A stretch of 52,709 nt of DNA from Pseudobdellovibrionaceae bacterium (GTDB taxonomy: Bacteria; Bdellovibrionota; Bdellovibrionia; Bdellovibrionales; Bdellovibrionaceae): contig JBGGMM010000209.1 in assembly GCA_041288045.1 (NCBI GenBank), positions 1-52,709 on the forward strand. Direction: 5' to 3'. Shown in pieces: positions 1-10,888 of this stretch. Position 1 is the first letter of the stretch. Every line of letters begins with the position of its first letter. Position numbers and translations under genes: made by a program. The notes below the pieces were generated by a model. The model did not search any database. It was not told the origin of the DNA and worked only from the letters and a program-made list of their open reading frames with translations.

Positions 1-1
1 C

Positions 2-1570
2 GATGACAAAATTACTGCCCTTCAGCGGCTCGCTGCTCTCAAGCCAGACGTTCCCGCCAAGAGCTTTTGCCAATTGGCGCGAAAGTGCCAATCCCAAACC
101 TGTTCCGCCATACACACGAGTCGTCGAGGTGTCCCCTTGCAAAAAGGGCGCAAAGAGCTTTTCAGCTGTTTCCCGCACAATGCCGATCCCGGTGTCCTGC
201 ACTTCAAGACGTAAAAAGGATTTCCCCTCATCGTCCATCCGATAGCCGCAATCGACTGTGACTTCGCCATCATGAGTGAACTTGATGGCATTTCCGATCA
301 TATTGATCAGAATTTGCCTTAATCTCGTAGAATCTGTCCAAACCCGATCTGGAATTTTATCTTGCACTTGAAATTGCAATCCAATGCCTTTGGCACTGGC
401 TTTGACTCCCAGCAAAGATTTGATATTGTTCAGAAGATCGACCAAATCCGTTTCGACGATTTCAGTTTCCAAACGTCCCGCCTCCACTTTTGAAATATCC
501 AATATTTCATCGACGATTTTAAGAAGTTGATGTCCATTCCTGCGGACAATGGAAAGATGAACTTGTCTTTCCTCTTCCGGCAATTGGGGATCTGCCATCA
601 ATTCCGTAAATCCCATGATGGCACTCAGCGGGGTTCGGATTTCATGGCTCATGTTTGCCAAAAATTGAGTTTTTGCCTGATTGGCGAGCTCTGCCGCCTT
701 TTGTGCAGTTTGAAGATCTTTTTCGGTGTTCTTTCGATCTTGGATGTCCGTGCAAGTCCCTAACCAGGCAATGACTTTGCCTTCAGCATCTTTTTCAGGA
801 ACGGCTTTGATCCAATGCCAGCGATAGACTCCATCATGTCGACGGATCCGGCACTCGCTTTCAAAATTGGCTCCTGTGGCCATCGCATCTTTCCAAGCCT
901 CCAGTAGAAGTTTCAAATCATGGGCGTTGAAACAGTGCTGCCAGTTTGTCTCTTTGTCCTGAGCCAGCTTGAGTCCCGTGTAGGAAGCCCAAATTTGATT
1001 GTAGTACTCGATTTTTCCATCTGGTCCGGCTTTCCAAACCATGTGTGGGATGGCATCTGCTAGATTTTGATAGCGCTTCAATCCTTCCAATTCCAAAGAC
1101 TGAATATAAGTCTTGTGCTCCAAAGCTTCTTTTCGCGAGAGTTCGAGAGCCTGCCAACGCACTCGACGTCTGGCCAAATGCAAATCTGCGAAGACAGCGA
1201 CTTTGGATTTGAGAATGATTGGATCAAAGGGTTTGAAAATATAATCAACAGCACCGGATTCATAGCCCCGGTAAATGTAGCGATCGTCTTTGTTGATCGC
1301 AGTGACGAAAATGATCGGAATTTGTTGGTAAAGAGGGTTTCGACGAATCAGCTCGGCTGTCTGAAATCCATCGATGACAGGCATCTGCACATCCAGAAGA
1401 ATGACGGCAAAGTCATGCTTTTCAAGAAGCTCATAGGCCTCTTGTCCGGATTGCGCCATTGTCAGCCGGTACTTTTTAGACTCTGAAAGCAAAGCTTCCA
1501 GAGCCAAAAGCCCATCCGGCCGATCATCGACCAGCAAAATTTCTATCGTCTCATCCATCTGCTCGATCAT
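2..1570 (-). CDS. Hybrid sensor histidine kinase (REC-PAS-HisKA-HATPase), 3' end runs off the window
   Basis: Absent from the ORF track; translated by hand from ATG at 1570: [20 protein letters not shown]...ILLDVQMP (receiver), PAS (IPHMVW...[10 protein letters not shown]), H-box [14 protein letters not shown]-box [11 protein letters not shown] boxes DTGIGI and GGTGLGL. Overlaps the stop of the upstream kinase. Confidence 0.92.
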   Translation of the reverse strand, partial: MIEQMDETIEILLVDDRPDGLLALEALLSESKKYRLTMAQSGQEAYELLEKHDFAVILLDVQMPVIDGFQTAELIRRNPLYQQIPIIFVTAINKDDRYIYRGYESGAVDYIFKPFDPIILKSKVAVFADLHLARRRVRWQALELSRKEALEHKTYIQSLELEGLKRYQNLADAIPHMVWKAGPDGKIEYYNQIWASYTGLKLAQDKETNWQHCFNAHDLKLLLEAWKDAMATGANFESECRIRRHDGVYRWHWIKAVPEKDAEGKVIAWLGTCTDIQDRKNTEKDLQTAQKAAELANQAKTQFLANMSHEIRTPLSAIMGFTELMADPQLPEEERQVHLSIVRRNGHQLLKIVDEILDISKVEAGRLETEIVETDLVDLLNNIKSLLGVKASAKGIGLQFQVQDKIPDRVWTDSTRLRQILINMIGNAIKFTHDGEVTVDCGYRMDDEGKSFLRLEVQDTGIGIVRETAEKLFAPFLQGDTSTTRVYGGTGLGLALSRQLAKALGGNVWLESSEPLKGSNFVI

Positions 1571-4500
1571 GCGTTCGTTCCGCTACCCATCCATAGATTG
1601 TTGCCAGAAGAGTTTCTTCATCCACTGGCTTTGTCACATAGTCAGACGCTCCGGCTTCCAAACACTTCTCACGGTCACCTTTCATTGCTTTTGCAGTCAA
1701 AGAGACGATGGGAAGATGATGGAAGAGCTGATTTTCACGAATTTTGCGAATGGCTTCCAAACCATCCATTTCTGGCATCATCGTGTCCATCAAGACAATT
1801 TCCACATCAGGATGTTGCTCAAGGACATCGATTCCATGCTTGCCGTTTTCTGCATGCACCACTTCCATGCCGTGATTTTTCAGAAGACTGGTGATGGCAA
1901 AAATATTTCGAACGTCGTCATCGACAATCAAAACTTTGCGCCCTGTGAAATCAGCATCCGCTGGCAGAATCGGACGTTCAGTCGTCATTTCCCGATTGGA
2001 AATTGGCATTGATGAATCCGGGCCAGAGTATTTTTGTGGCAAGTACAGTCGGAAAGTACTTCCCAGATTGGGTTCACTTTCCACTTCGATGATGCCGCCC
2101 AACAGACGTGCGATCTCTCGACTGATGGTCAGGCCGAGACCTGTTCCGCCGTACCTGCGGCTGGTTGTTCCATCCGCCTGCTGGAAAGCTTCAAAGATGA
2201 GTTTTTGTTTCTCAGTGGGGATTCCGATCCCAGTATCAGTCACTGCAAAGACCACCATGCTTGAATCGGCATTTGGATTTGCCACTGACAATCGCAATTG
2301 CACAAGGCCTTTATCAGTAAACTTAAAGGCGTTAGAGAGCAGATTTTTAAGAATCTGCTGCAATCGGCTTTCATCTGTGAACATGTTTTGAGGAACATGC
2401 GGATCCATTTCGATCTTGAATTCCAGATTCTTATGTTCAGCCACAGGTTTGAAAGTCTGTTCCAAATAACCAATGACATCCTGAATTTCGACTTCTTTCG
2501 GAGCCACCGGCATTTTGCCAGCTTCCACTTTAGAAAGATCCAGAATCTCATTGATCAAGGACAAGAGATCATTTCCGGCAGAGTTCACCGTTTTTGCGTA
2601 CTTCACCTGCTCTGGAGTCAGATTGTTGTCCTTATTATCCGCCAATGTCTTGGAGAGGATCAACAAGCTGTTGAGAGGTGTCCGAAGTTCATGCGACATA
2701 TTCGCCAAAAATTCGGATTTGTACTTGGAAATAAGTGAAAGCTGTTCGGCTTTTTCTTCCAATGAACGAGACGCCAGTTCGACCTCTTGGTTTTTGACCT
2801 CGAGAAGTTTCGCTTTGTCTTCGAGTTCTTTCGCCTGCGCTTCGAGTTCCGCATTGGAACGCTTGAGCTCTTGCAGAAGTTCTTCCGTTCTCATCGAGCT
2901 TGAGATCATGTTCAGGATAACACCGATGGAATCCATCAACTGATCCAAGAAGGCAATGTAGTTCTGGGTGAAGGGGTGTGTGCTGGCAAGCTCGATCACC
3001 GCTTTCAATTCACCTTCGAACAAAATGGGAAGAACGATGATGTTCTTCGGAGTCATCTCAGCCAATGACGAAGAAATTTTGACGTAATCTTCCCCTGGCT
3101 GAGTGATCAGGATGCGCTTTTTCTCAAAAGCACATTGTCCAACCAGGCCTTCTTTGAGTTTGTATTTATTTGAAACTCGCTTTCTTTCTGTGAAAGCGTA
3201 GCTGGCAATCAAGTTCAAAGACGTGTCATCGCCTTCACTTTCTGCCATGAAGAAAGTTCCCTGACGAGCATCCACCAGAGGTGTCAATTCAGACATGATC
3301 AACTGAGCAACCGCTGCAATCGAACGCTGACCTTGCATCATTCCAGAGAATTTTGCGAGATTGGTTTTCAGCCAGTCTTGCTCTTGGTTTTTCTCAGTGG
3401 TGTCTTTCAGATTTGAGATCATTTGATTGATGTTCTCTGAAAGCTCTCCGACTTCCCCTTTGGCCTCAACAGTGATGGATCGAGTGAGATCCCCTTTTGT
3501 CACTGCAGTTGACACTTCGGCGATCGCTCGCACTTGCGAGGTGAGGTTCGATGCCATCCCGTTCACGTTGTCGGTCAAATCTTTCCAAGTTCCAGAAGCA
3601 CCAGGAACTGAAGCCTGACCGCCCAATTTTCCTTCGATACCGACTTCGCGGGCAACTGTTGTCACTTGATCCGCAAAGGTTCGAAGTGTGTCAGTCATCG
3701 AGTTGATGGTTTCAGCAAGTGCTGCCACTTCCCCTTTGGCTTCGATCACGAACTTCTGGCTCAAATCACCGTTTGCAACTGCGGTTACGACCTTCACGAT
3801 CCCTCGCACTTGCTTGGTGAGGTTGGAGGCCATGATATTCACATTGTCTGTCAAATCTTTCCAAGTGCCAGCTGCACCAGGAACACGAGCTTGACCACCC
3901 AATTTTCCTTCGATACCGACTTCGCGGGCAACTGTTGTCACTTGATCGGCAAATGTTCGAAGTGTGTCGGTCATCGAGTTGATGGTTTCAGCAAGTGCTG
4001 CCACTTCCCCTTTGGCTTCGATCACGAACTTCTGGCTCAAATCACCGTTTGCAACTGCGGTTACGACTTTGACGATACCCCGCACCTGCTTGGTCAAATT
4101 AGAGGCCATGAAGTTCACGTTGTCGGTGAGATCTTTCCAAACCCCAGACACACCTCGCACTTCGGCTTGTCCTCCGAGTTTTCCTTCGGTTCCGACTTCT
4201 TTTGCAACACGGGTTACTTCCGCTGCGAATGAATTGAGCTGATCCACCATGGTATTGATGGTGTTCTTGAGCTCAAGGATTTCACCTTTCGCATCCACTG
4301 TAATTTTTTGTGACAAGTCACCAGTTGCAACTGCTGTGGTTACTTTGGCGATGTTACGAACTTGGTCCGTCAAGTTGCCGGCAAGACCGTTCACATTGTC
4401 AGTGAGGTCTTTCCAAACTCCAGACACACCTTTCACATCGGCCTGTCCTCCGAGTTTTCCTTCGGTTCCCACTTCTTTTGCAACACGGGTTACTTCGGCT

Positions 4501-7013
4501 GCGAATGAGTTCAGCTGATCCACCATGATATTGATTGTGTTCTTGAGCTCGAGGATTTCGCCTTTCGCATCGACTGTGATTTTTTGTGACAAGTCGCCTT
4601 TTGCAACCGCGGTCGTTACTTTTGCGATATTACGAACTTGGTCCGTCAAGTTGCCGGCAAGACCGTTCACATTGTCAGTGAGGTCTTTCCAAACTCCAGA
4701 GACACCTCGCACATCGGCCTGACCGCCGAGTTTTCCTTCAGTACCAACTTCTTTCGCCATACGAGTCACTTCGGCAGCGAAGGAGTTCAGTTGGTCCACC
4801 ATTGTATTGATTGTATTTTTCAATTCGAAGATCTCACCGCGGGCATCCACTGTGATCTTCTGAGACAAGTCACCATTCGCAACCGCAGTTGTTACTTTGG
4901 CAATGTTACGAACTTGGGCTGTCAAGTTACCGGCGAGACCATTCACGTTATCGGTGAGGTCTTTCCAAACTCCGGACACCCCTTTAACCTCGGCCTGTCC
5001 TCCGAGTTTTCCTTCGGTACCGACTTCTTTCGCAACCCGAGTGACCTCTGCTGCGAATGAGTTCAGCTGATCCACCATGATATTGATGGTGTTCTTCAAT
5101 TCGAAGATCTCACCACGAGCATCCACTGTGATTTTTTGTGACAAGTCGCCTTTTGCAACCGCAGTTGTTACCTTCGCGATGTTACGAACTTGGTCCGTCA
5201 AATTTCCTGCGAGACCATTCACATTATCTGTGAGGTCTTTCCAAACTCCGGACACCCCTTTGACGTCCGCTTGTCCTCCAAGTTTTCCTTCGGTTCCGAC
5301 TTCTTTCGCCACACGAGTCACTTCGGCAGCGAATGATGAGAGCTGATCCACCATCTTGTTGATCACGTCTTTGATCTGAAGGATTTCACCTTTCACATCG
5401 ACCGTGATCTTTTGTGACAAGTCACCAGTTGCAATCGCTGTTGCAACTTTGGAGACGTCACGAAGCTGGACGGTGAGGTTGGAGGCCATGGCGTTGACGT
5501 TGTCAGTCAAATCTTTCCAAGTACCAGACACACCTTTCACGTCCGCTTGTCCTCCGAGTTTTCCTTCGGTACCCACTTCTTTCGCAACCCGAGTCACCTC
5601 GGCAGCGAATGATCGGAGCGTATCCACCATCGTATTAATGGTGTCTTTGAGCTCGAGGATTTCACCTTTCGCATCCACTGTAATTTTCTGAGACAAGTCA
5701 CCATTCGCAACCGCCGTTGTTACTTTGGCGATGTTACGAACCTGTGCGGTCAAGTTGTTGGCAAGACCGTTCACGTTGTCGGTCAAATCTTTCCAAGTAC
5801 CAGACACACCTTTGACGTCGGCCTGACCACCCAGACGACCTTCGGTTCCTACTTCTTTTGCCACACGAGTCACTTCGGCAGCGAATGATCGGAGCTGATC
5901 CACCATCGTATTGATTGTATTTTTGAGTTCTAAGATTTCACCGCGGGCATCCACTGTGATCTTCTGAGACAAGTCACCGTTTGCTACCGCAGTGGTTACC
6001 TTCGCGATGTTACGAACTTGTGCTGTGAGGTTGTTAGCGAGACCGTTCACGTTGTCGGTCAAATCTTTCCAAGTACCAGAGACACCTTTGACGTTCGCTT
6101 GTCCGCCGAGTTTTCCTTCAGTACCGACGTCTTTTGCAACCCGAGTCACTTCGGCTGCGAATGAAGAGAGCTGATCCACCATCGTGCTGATGGTGCTTTT
6201 CAGTTCCAAGATCTCACCGCGGGCATACACTGTGATTTTTTGTGACAAGTCACCTTTCGCAACCGCAGTCGTTACCTTCGCGATATTACGAACCTGATCC
6301 GTCAAATTGCCGGCAAGACCGTTCACGTTATCAGTGAGGTCTTTCCAAACCCCGGAAACCCCTTTCACGTGGGCCTGACCGCCGAGCTTTCCTTCAGTAC
6401 CAACTTCTTTCGCCACACGAGTTACTTCGGAAGCGAAGGAGTTGAGCTGATCCACCATGTTATTAACCGTCGTACCGATTCGGAGGAATTCCCCTTTCAC
6501 CGGACGTCCATCCATTTCAAGTGACATTTTCTGAGACAAGTCGCCTTTCGCAACGGAGGTGATGACGCGCGCGACTTCGGTTGTCGGCTGCACAAGATCC
6601 CCGATGAGCAGATTCACAGAATCCACGCTCATGGACCAAGCACCCTTCACGGAGCCCAGATTGATACGTTCATTCATTCGCCCTTCGAGACCCACTGTGT
6701 TTCGCACACGGAAGAATTCGGAAGACATGTTGTCGTTCAGTTGGATGATGTCATTGAGAACTTCACCGATCTCAGAAATGATTCCCTCTTCACCGACTGG
6801 CATGCGAACTGAGAAATCACCGTTTCGAACGGATTTCACAGTGTGAAGCAGCTGTCTGAGCTGCGTTCGCATGTCCATCGCAGTGGAGTCGAAGCTGGTT
6901 TCTTTCATCACAGCTTTGGCAGCGAGAAGAGCTTTTTTGTTCTCCATTGCTGGAGACAGACCGCGACTGCGGGCTCTGATCGGTTTTTTTTCAGAAGCAA
7001 AATTTTTCTCCAT
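1551..7013 (-). CDS. Cytoplasmic poly-HAMP hybrid histidine kinase (HAMP array-GAF-HisKA-HATPase-REC)
   Basis: Eleven [19 protein letters not shown] 92-aa units plus a degenerate N-terminal unit, GAF-like region, [31 protein letters not shown]-terminal receiver (LIVDDD...LMDTMMP). No TM helix. SD GGAGG upstream. Confidence 0.95.
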   Translation of the reverse strand: MEKNFASEKKPIRARSRGLSPAMENKKALLAAKAVMKETSFDSTAMDMRTQLRQLLHTVKSVRNGDFSVRMPVGEEGIISEIGEVLNDIIQLNDNMSSEFFRVRNTVGLEGRMNERINLGSVKGAWSMSVDSVNLLIGDLVQPTTEVARVITSVAKGDLSQKMSLEMDGRPVKGEFLRIGTTVNNMVDQLNSFASEVTRVAKEVGTEGKLGGQAHVKGVSGVWKDLTDNVNGLAGNLTDQVRNIAKVTTAVAKGDLSQKITVYARGEILELKSTISTMVDQLSSFAAEVTRVAKDVGTEGKLGGQANVKGVSGTWKDLTDNVNGLANNLTAQVRNIAKVTTAVANGDLSQKITVDARGEILELKNTINTMVDQLRSFAAEVTRVAKEVGTEGRLGGQADVKGVSGTWKDLTDNVNGLANNLTAQVRNIAKVTTAVANGDLSQKITVDAKGEILELKDTINTMVDTLRSFAAEVTRVAKEVGTEGKLGGQADVKGVSGTWKDLTDNVNAMASNLTVQLRDVSKVATAIATGDLSQKITVDVKGEILQIKDVINKMVDQLSSFAAEVTRVAKEVGTEGKLGGQADVKGVSGVWKDLTDNVNGLAGNLTDQVRNIAKVTTAVAKGDLSQKITVDARGEIFELKNTINIMVDQLNSFAAEVTRVAKEVGTEGKLGGQAEVKGVSGVWKDLTDNVNGLAGNLTAQVRNIAKVTTAVANGDLSQKITVDARGEIFELKNTINTMVDQLNSFAAEVTRMAKEVGTEGKLGGQADVRGVSGVWKDLTDNVNGLAGNLTDQVRNIAKVTTAVAKGDLSQKITVDAKGEILELKNTINIMVDQLNSFAAEVTRVAKEVGTEGKLGGQADVKGVSGVWKDLTDNVNGLAGNLTDQVRNIAKVTTAVATGDLSQKITVDAKGEILELKNTINTMVDQLNSFAAEVTRVAKEVGTEGKLGGQAEVRGVSGVWKDLTDNVNFMASNLTKQVRGIVKVVTAVANGDLSQKFVIEAKGEVAALAETINSMTDTLRTFADQVTTVAREVGIEGKLGGQARVPGAAGTWKDLTDNVNIMASNLTKQVRGIVKVVTAVANGDLSQKFVIEAKGEVAALAETINSMTDTLRTFADQVTTVAREVGIEGKLGGQASVPGASGTWKDLTDNVNGMASNLTSQVRAIAEVSTAVTKGDLTRSITVEAKGEVGELSENINQMISNLKDTTEKNQEQDWLKTNLAKFSGMMQGQRSIAAVAQLIMSELTPLVDARQGTFFMAESEGDDTSLNLIASYAFTERKRVSNKYKLKEGLVGQCAFEKKRILITQPGEDYVKISSSLAEMTPKNIIVLPILFEGELKAVIELASTHPFTQNYIAFLDQLMDSIGVILNMISSSMRTEELLQELKRSNAELEAQAKELEDKAKLLEVKNQEVELASRSLEEKAEQLSLISKYKSEFLANMSHELRTPLNSLLILSKTLADNKDNNLTPEQVKYAKTVNSAGNDLLSLINEILDLSKVEAGKMPVAPKEVEIQDVIGYLEQTFKPVAEHKNLEFKIEMDPHVPQNMFTDESRLQQILKNLLSNAFKFTDKGLVQLRLSVANPNADSSMVVFAVTDTGIGIPTEKQKLIFEAFQQADGTTSRRYGGTGLGLTISREIARLLGGIIEVESEPNLGSTFRLYLPQKYSGPDSSMPISNREMTTERPILPADADFTGRKVLIVDDDVRNIFAITSLLKNHGMEVVHAENGKHGIDVLEQHPDVEIVLMDTMMPEMDGLEAIRKIRENQLFHHLPIVSLTAKAMKGDREKCLEAGASDYVTKPVDEETLLATIYGWVAERTHDRADG
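3420..6620 (-). repeat. Intragenic tandem repeat, 276-bp period (about 12 units), encoding the HAMP array
   Basis: Motifs such as tctttccaa and tttccttc recur every 276 nt. Boundaries approximate. Confidence 0.9.
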
Positions 7014-7160
7014 GGGTTCACCTCCGTGAACGAAATAGAAAAAGTTTCTTTAAATTAAATTCTTATCAATAATACGAGAATCATTCCTTTACGCCTGACA
7101 GAATTTAAAAAGGATATTGACACGACTTGCAACCGTGAAATTTGGCAGCGCTTTGCAGTT

Positions 7161-7196
7161 GTCATTCTGACCGACTCAAAATCTGGTCATTCTGAC
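7161..7196. promoter_or_regulatory. Twin palindromic sites GTCATTCTGAC, candidate activator (enhancer) sites
   Basis: Identical 11-mers (GTCA-TTC-TGAC dyad) at 7161-7171 and 7186-7196, about 100-130 bp upstream of the sigma54-type motif. Confidence 0.5.
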
Positions 7197-7288
7197 AAGA
7201 AACTCTTATTTTTTGGTAAAACTGCCCGTCAAGTGGGGTTAAATGGGGCCTCGCTCCGACTCCTCCCGAAATTAAACTCTCTTTTAAT

Positions 7289-7305
7289 TTGGCATAATTG
7301 CTGCT
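7289..7305 (+). promoter_or_regulatory. Putative sigma54 (-24/-12) promoter of the BON operon
   Basis: TTGGCATAATTGCTGCT: GG and GC are exactly 10 nt apart. Predicted start near 7316, just before SD GGAGG (7321) and ATG (7333). Confidence 0.65.
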
Positions 7306-7332
7306 CATCAAAGGGGTTTGGGAGGTACTAAA

Positions 7333-8016
7333 ATGAAAAAATCTATACTGACATTCACCCTTTTGCTTGGAGTCTGGGCATTTGCAGCCTGGGAAACGCA
7401 TCATTCAACAACGATGGATTCTGAATCAACAGATTCGATGAACACAAGTCAAGTTTATGACAACTTAGACCAACGAACAAATTCAGCGTCTACGCCAGCA
7501 CAGTATGGAAGACAAGATTCGACTGTCGAATCTCCAACTGATGTTTCAAGTGAAACTGCCGGCTCATCGAAATTTGAAACAACACCAGCAGTTGATGAAG
7601 CTGGAGCACCTCCTGTTTACAGCGGCTCCGGAACTGACACATATGGGGTGGATGCAAATGAAATCGATGCCAATGAAGCTCGAGTTTCTGGATCTGCAAC
7701 AGAAAAAACATCACCATCTGCCGAAGGGACTGGAACTGCAGCGGGTGCTGCGGCTGCAGGTGCTGGCATGACGGCTCAAGATACTGCCACCACAAAAACA
7801 GAGAGTGAAACAGTTCGAAAAATTCGCTCTGATATCACAGGCGATAAGAGCCTCTCCATGGCAGCTCACAATGTGAAAATCATCAATCAAAACGGCCAGA
7901 TTTTTCTCAAAGGGCCTGTGGCCAACTCCAATGAAAAAGCGAAGGTCGAAGAGATTGCCAAACGCACGGCCGGAGCGACCACTGTCGTCAATCAAACCTA
8001 TGTTGAAACTAAATAA
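7333..8016 (+). CDS. Secreted BON-domain (OsmY-like) protein with a long S/T/A-rich disordered N-region
   Basis: SD GGAGG, signal peptide MKKSILTFTLLLGVWAFAA, C-terminal BON pattern IRSDITGDKSLS..AHNVKIINQNGQIFLKGPV...VVNQ. Confidence 0.85.
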   Translation: MKKSILTFTLLLGVWAFAAWETHHSTTMDSESTDSMNTSQVYDNLDQRTNSASTPAQYGRQDSTVESPTDVSSETAGSSKFETTPAVDEAGAPPVYSGSGTDTYGVDANEIDANEARVSGSATEKTSPSAEGTGTAAGAAAAGAGMTAQDTATTKTESETVRKIRSDITGDKSLSMAAHNVKIINQNGQIFLKGPVANSNEKAKVEEIAKRTAGATTVVNQTYVETK

Positions 8017-8033
8017 GAAATAAGGAGGTTCAA

Positions 8034-8606
8034 ATGAAAAAAGGAAACAAAGTCGTTATTGGAATCTATGACAGCCGATCTGAAGTGGAAAGAGCCATTG
8101 AGTCTTTCAAAGCTGAAGGATTCAGAAATTCTGACATTTCAGTTCTGATGCCACACGAAGATCCTACATTCGGTCATGAAAAAGCCACGAAAGCTCCAGA
8201 AGCTTCAACAATCGGCGGCGGCACAGGCGCCATCATCGGTGGAACTCTGGGTTGGCTCGTCGGCCTTGGCGCCATCGCCACTGTTCCCGTGTTGGGACCC
8301 TTGGTGGCAGCAGGCCCAATCATGGCAGCTCTTTCAGGCGCAGCTGTCGGCGGAGCCTTAGGTGGTTTCACAGGCGCCCTTGTCGGATTCGGAATCCCAG
8401 AGTACGAAGCCAAACGCTATGAAACTTTCGTCAAAGAAGGCGGAATCCTAGTTTCTGCCCACGTTGATGACAATGACTGGGCCAAAAAAGCCAAGGACTT
8501 GATGGAAAGAACAGGCGCCCACGACATTTCCACAACGTCAGAAGAAAGCTCTGACGCCAATCGTGGACTCGGCGAAAAAGATCTCGTCAATCGCCCCAAT
8601 CCATAA
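8034..8606 (+). CDS. General-stress-type membrane protein (YflT/17M-like N-terminus plus glycine-zipper helices)
   Basis: VIGIYDSRSEVERAIESFKAEGF..SDISVL, Gly-rich hydrophobic core, GIPEYEAKRYE..VKEGGILVS. SD AAGGAGG. Confidence 0.75.
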   Translation: MKKGNKVVIGIYDSRSEVERAIESFKAEGFRNSDISVLMPHEDPTFGHEKATKAPEASTIGGGTGAIIGGTLGWLVGLGAIATVPVLGPLVAAGPIMAALSGAAVGGALGGFTGALVGFGIPEYEAKRYETFVKEGGILVSAHVDDNDWAKKAKDLMERTGAHDISTTSEESSDANRGLGEKDLVNRPNP

Positions 8607-8634
8607 ATCAAGAGATCAAAAAATTCGAAATGTG

Positions 8635-8667
8635 AAAAAGCCCCGAAAAAACTCGGGGCTTTTTTTT
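8635..8667. terminator. Bidirectional intrinsic terminator
   Basis: AAAAAGCCCCGA-AAAAAC-TCGGGGCTTTTTTTT between convergent transcription units. Confidence 0.85.
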
Positions 8668-8711
8668 AAAAAAAAGTCAAAATCCCACTCTTCAACCACC
8701 CATCCCCTCTC

Positions 8712-8914
8712 CATTTGCCAGACGGCCACGATGGCCGTCTGGAAGCCTTCGCATGGACGGAGGCACTTGCGTTTACCTCCGGCACCGCTGTGCTCGAGAC
8801 CCGCGAAATCATTTGCTGAGGTGGTGTGCAAAGCTTGCGTCTTCGCCTGATCGTGAACATCCATGTCCGTTGCCTCACCCCTTCGGGGCTCGCCTTTGGC
8901 GGAGTTTCCAGAAA
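8712..8914 (+). repeat. Dispersed structured repeat, copy 1 (near full length, one internal deletion and one insertion)
   Basis: Aligns by eye to 15481-15570, 31441-31611 and the reverse complement of 44805-45041. Confidence 0.9.
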
Positions 8915-9029
8915 GCTAGAAGGATTGGGAGGAATATTGAGATTAATGGAAAAATATCGCGTAGCAACACCACGGCGGTGTTGTGGCGTTCCAGCGTTAG
9001 GAGCCTTTTTGACTGCGAACTGAAATGAA

Positions 9030-9671
9030 TCAGTTTTTTTGTGGATCTTTGCTGGATCGGTCGGGTCTTTGGTTGTTGCGGTTTTGGTTTTGACCTTGAT
9101 TGCGGTCCCGATTTCGGTCTCGGCCGCGATTTCCGCGGCGGTTTCGATTGTTGCTTTGTCTTGGGTCGCGACCTTCGGTTTGTTGCAAATGCGGGGCGCC
9201 CTCTTCGGGATGCCCTTGCTGCACATTAGTACCTGGGTGATGACCATGGGGATGATGATGCGGCTCTTTCACTGCGGATTCTTCTAAAACCAAAGTTCCT
9301 TGCTTAGCTTGGGTTTCCACATGGGATCCCTTTTGGCCTGGAGCTCGGAAGCCACGAACTTTTTTGCTTTGGATTTCGCTGCGCTCGATCTGTTCTGTGA
9401 GATCGACTGTGATATCGCCATAACAGTGCACTTGGCAGGACAGGCGCCTTTGATCGATGAAGTAATTGGTGCCAATCAAGCTCATCTCAGCTTTGGAAGG
9501 TGGGACGATGTTGTGCTCCCCTTCGACGATACGAACCCGGCATTCAGCGCAGCTGGGAACACCTTTGCAAATGGATTTGATTTCGATGTTGTTTTCAACA
9601 CAAAGCTGCAAAAGGGTTTTGTTGGGATCGGCTTCAATTTCGCGACCTGTGGGGACGAATTTGATTTTCAT
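9030..9671 (-). CDS. [2Fe-2S] ferredoxin-domain protein with a long His- then Arg/Asn/Gln-rich tail
   Basis: [10 protein letters not shown]...RLSCQ cluster motif; 4-nt overlap with the tyrS stop. Confidence 0.85.
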   Translation of the reverse strand: MKIKFVPTGREIEADPNKTLLQLCVENNIEIKSICKGVPSCAECRVRIVEGEHNIVPPSKAEMSLIGTNYFIDQRRLSCQVHCYGDITVDLTEQIERSEIQSKKVRGFRAPGQKGSHVETQAKQGTLVLEESAVKEPHHHPHGHHPGTNVQQGHPEEGAPHLQQTEGRDPRQSNNRNRRGNRGRDRNRDRNQGQNQNRNNQRPDRSSKDPQKN

Positions 9672-10882
9672 TTGACCACCACTTTCACAAATTTTTTCTT
9701 ACCCGCTTTGATCACGAGGGTAAGACCTGGTTTCAAATCAATTTTCAATTGCTCGTTTTCCACTTTGGATCCGTCAATTTCAACAGCTCGGCCCGCGATC
9801 AAGCGCTTGGCTTCGCTGGTCGAAGGGGCAAGCCCAGCATTTTTCATCAAAGCACAGATCCCGATGGGTTCGGCGCTGGAAGCCACAGAAAATTCTGGCA
9901 CTTCATCCGGCAGACCCTTCTCGACAAAAATTCGATTGAATTCATCTTCAGCGGCTTGTGCAGCTGTTTGCGAGTGAAAACGTGAAATCAAGGTTTTAGC
10001 CAAATTCACTTTCACATCGCGAGGATGCTTTTTTCCGCTCTGCAAATCAGCTTTTAATTGCGACAGCTCCGGGGGCGTGATGTCGGTCAAAAGCTCATAC
10101 CAGCGAATCATCAGCTCATCAGAAACTCGCATTGTCTTTCCGAACATCTCTTTCGGCGAATCGACAATTGAAATGTAATTATCTAGAGACTTGGACATTT
10201 TGTTCACTCCGTCCAGGCCTTCGAGAATGGGAGTGGTGATCACAACCTGCTGTTCGGATTGGCCGTAAGCTTTTTGCAGCTCGCGCCCCACCAGCAAATT
10301 GAATTTTTGATCCGTTCCGCCAAATTCAATATCGGATTTCAAATGAACCGAGTCATAGCCCTGACAAAGAGGATACAAGAGCTCATGAATGGAGATTGGA
10401 GTGTTGCTCTTAAAGCGCTTGGTGAAATCGTCTCTCTCGAGCATTCGAGCCACCGTGTACTGGCCCGTGAGTTTGATAAAATCCCCTGGCGACATTTTCT
10501 GAAACCATTGAGAGTTGTAGACGATTTCTGTTTTCTCTGGGTCTAGAACTTTAAAAATTTGCGCGGCATAGGATTTGGCGTTTTCTTCGATCTGCTCACG
10601 GCTTAAAGGCGGTCGGGTCTCGTTTCGACCGGTGGGATCGCCAATCATGGCTGTGAAATCGCCGATCAGAAACTGCACTTGGTGACCGAATTTTTGAAAC
10701 TGTCTGAGCTTATTGAGAACCACTGTGTGTCCCAGATGCAGATCCGGCCTGGTGGGGTCAGCCCCCAATTTCAATTTGAGAGGCTTTTTCTCTTTTTCAC
10801 TGCGCTCAAGTTTTTTCAGAAGGTCGGCTTCACTGATGAAGTCGACAGTTCCCATTTTGAGCTGTTCGAGAATCTCTCGCAT
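9668..10882 (-). CDS. tyrS: Tyrosine--tRNA ligase
   Basis: [13 protein letters not shown] (HIGH motif), [14 protein letters not shown]-terminal S4 domain. Confidence 0.97.
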   Translation of the reverse strand: MREILEQLKMGTVDFISEADLLKKLERSEKEKKPLKLKLGADPTRPDLHLGHTVVLNKLRQFQKFGHQVQFLIGDFTAMIGDPTGRNETRPPLSREQIEENAKSYAAQIFKVLDPEKTEIVYNSQWFQKMSPGDFIKLTGQYTVARMLERDDFTKRFKSNTPISIHELLYPLCQGYDSVHLKSDIEFGGTDQKFNLLVGRELQKAYGQSEQQVVITTPILEGLDGVNKMSKSLDNYISIVDSPKEMFGKTMRVSDELMIRWYELLTDITPPELSQLKADLQSGKKHPRDVKVNLAKTLISRFHSQTAAQAAEDEFNRIFVEKGLPDEVPEFSVASSAEPIGICALMKNAGLAPSTSEAKRLIAGRAVEIDGSKVENEQLKIDLKPGLTLVIKAGKKKFVKVVVK

Positions 10883-10888
10883 GAGACT

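Noticed and set aside
3420..6620. Regular repeats as a CRISPR array
   Set aside because: The period is 276 bp, in frame, with no unique spacers; fully explained by HAMP coding repeats. No cas genes.
7142..7157. TTGGCAGCGCTTTGCA as a sigma54 promoter
   Set aside because: GG-to-GC spacing is 9 nt, not the required 10.
8563..9028. Short ORFs over the repeats sharing peptides such as VWKPSHGR and HPFGARL (also 31318-31599 and 44627-45047)
   Set aside because: Similarity comes from the DNA repeat; frames and lengths differ between copies, so these are not a protein family.
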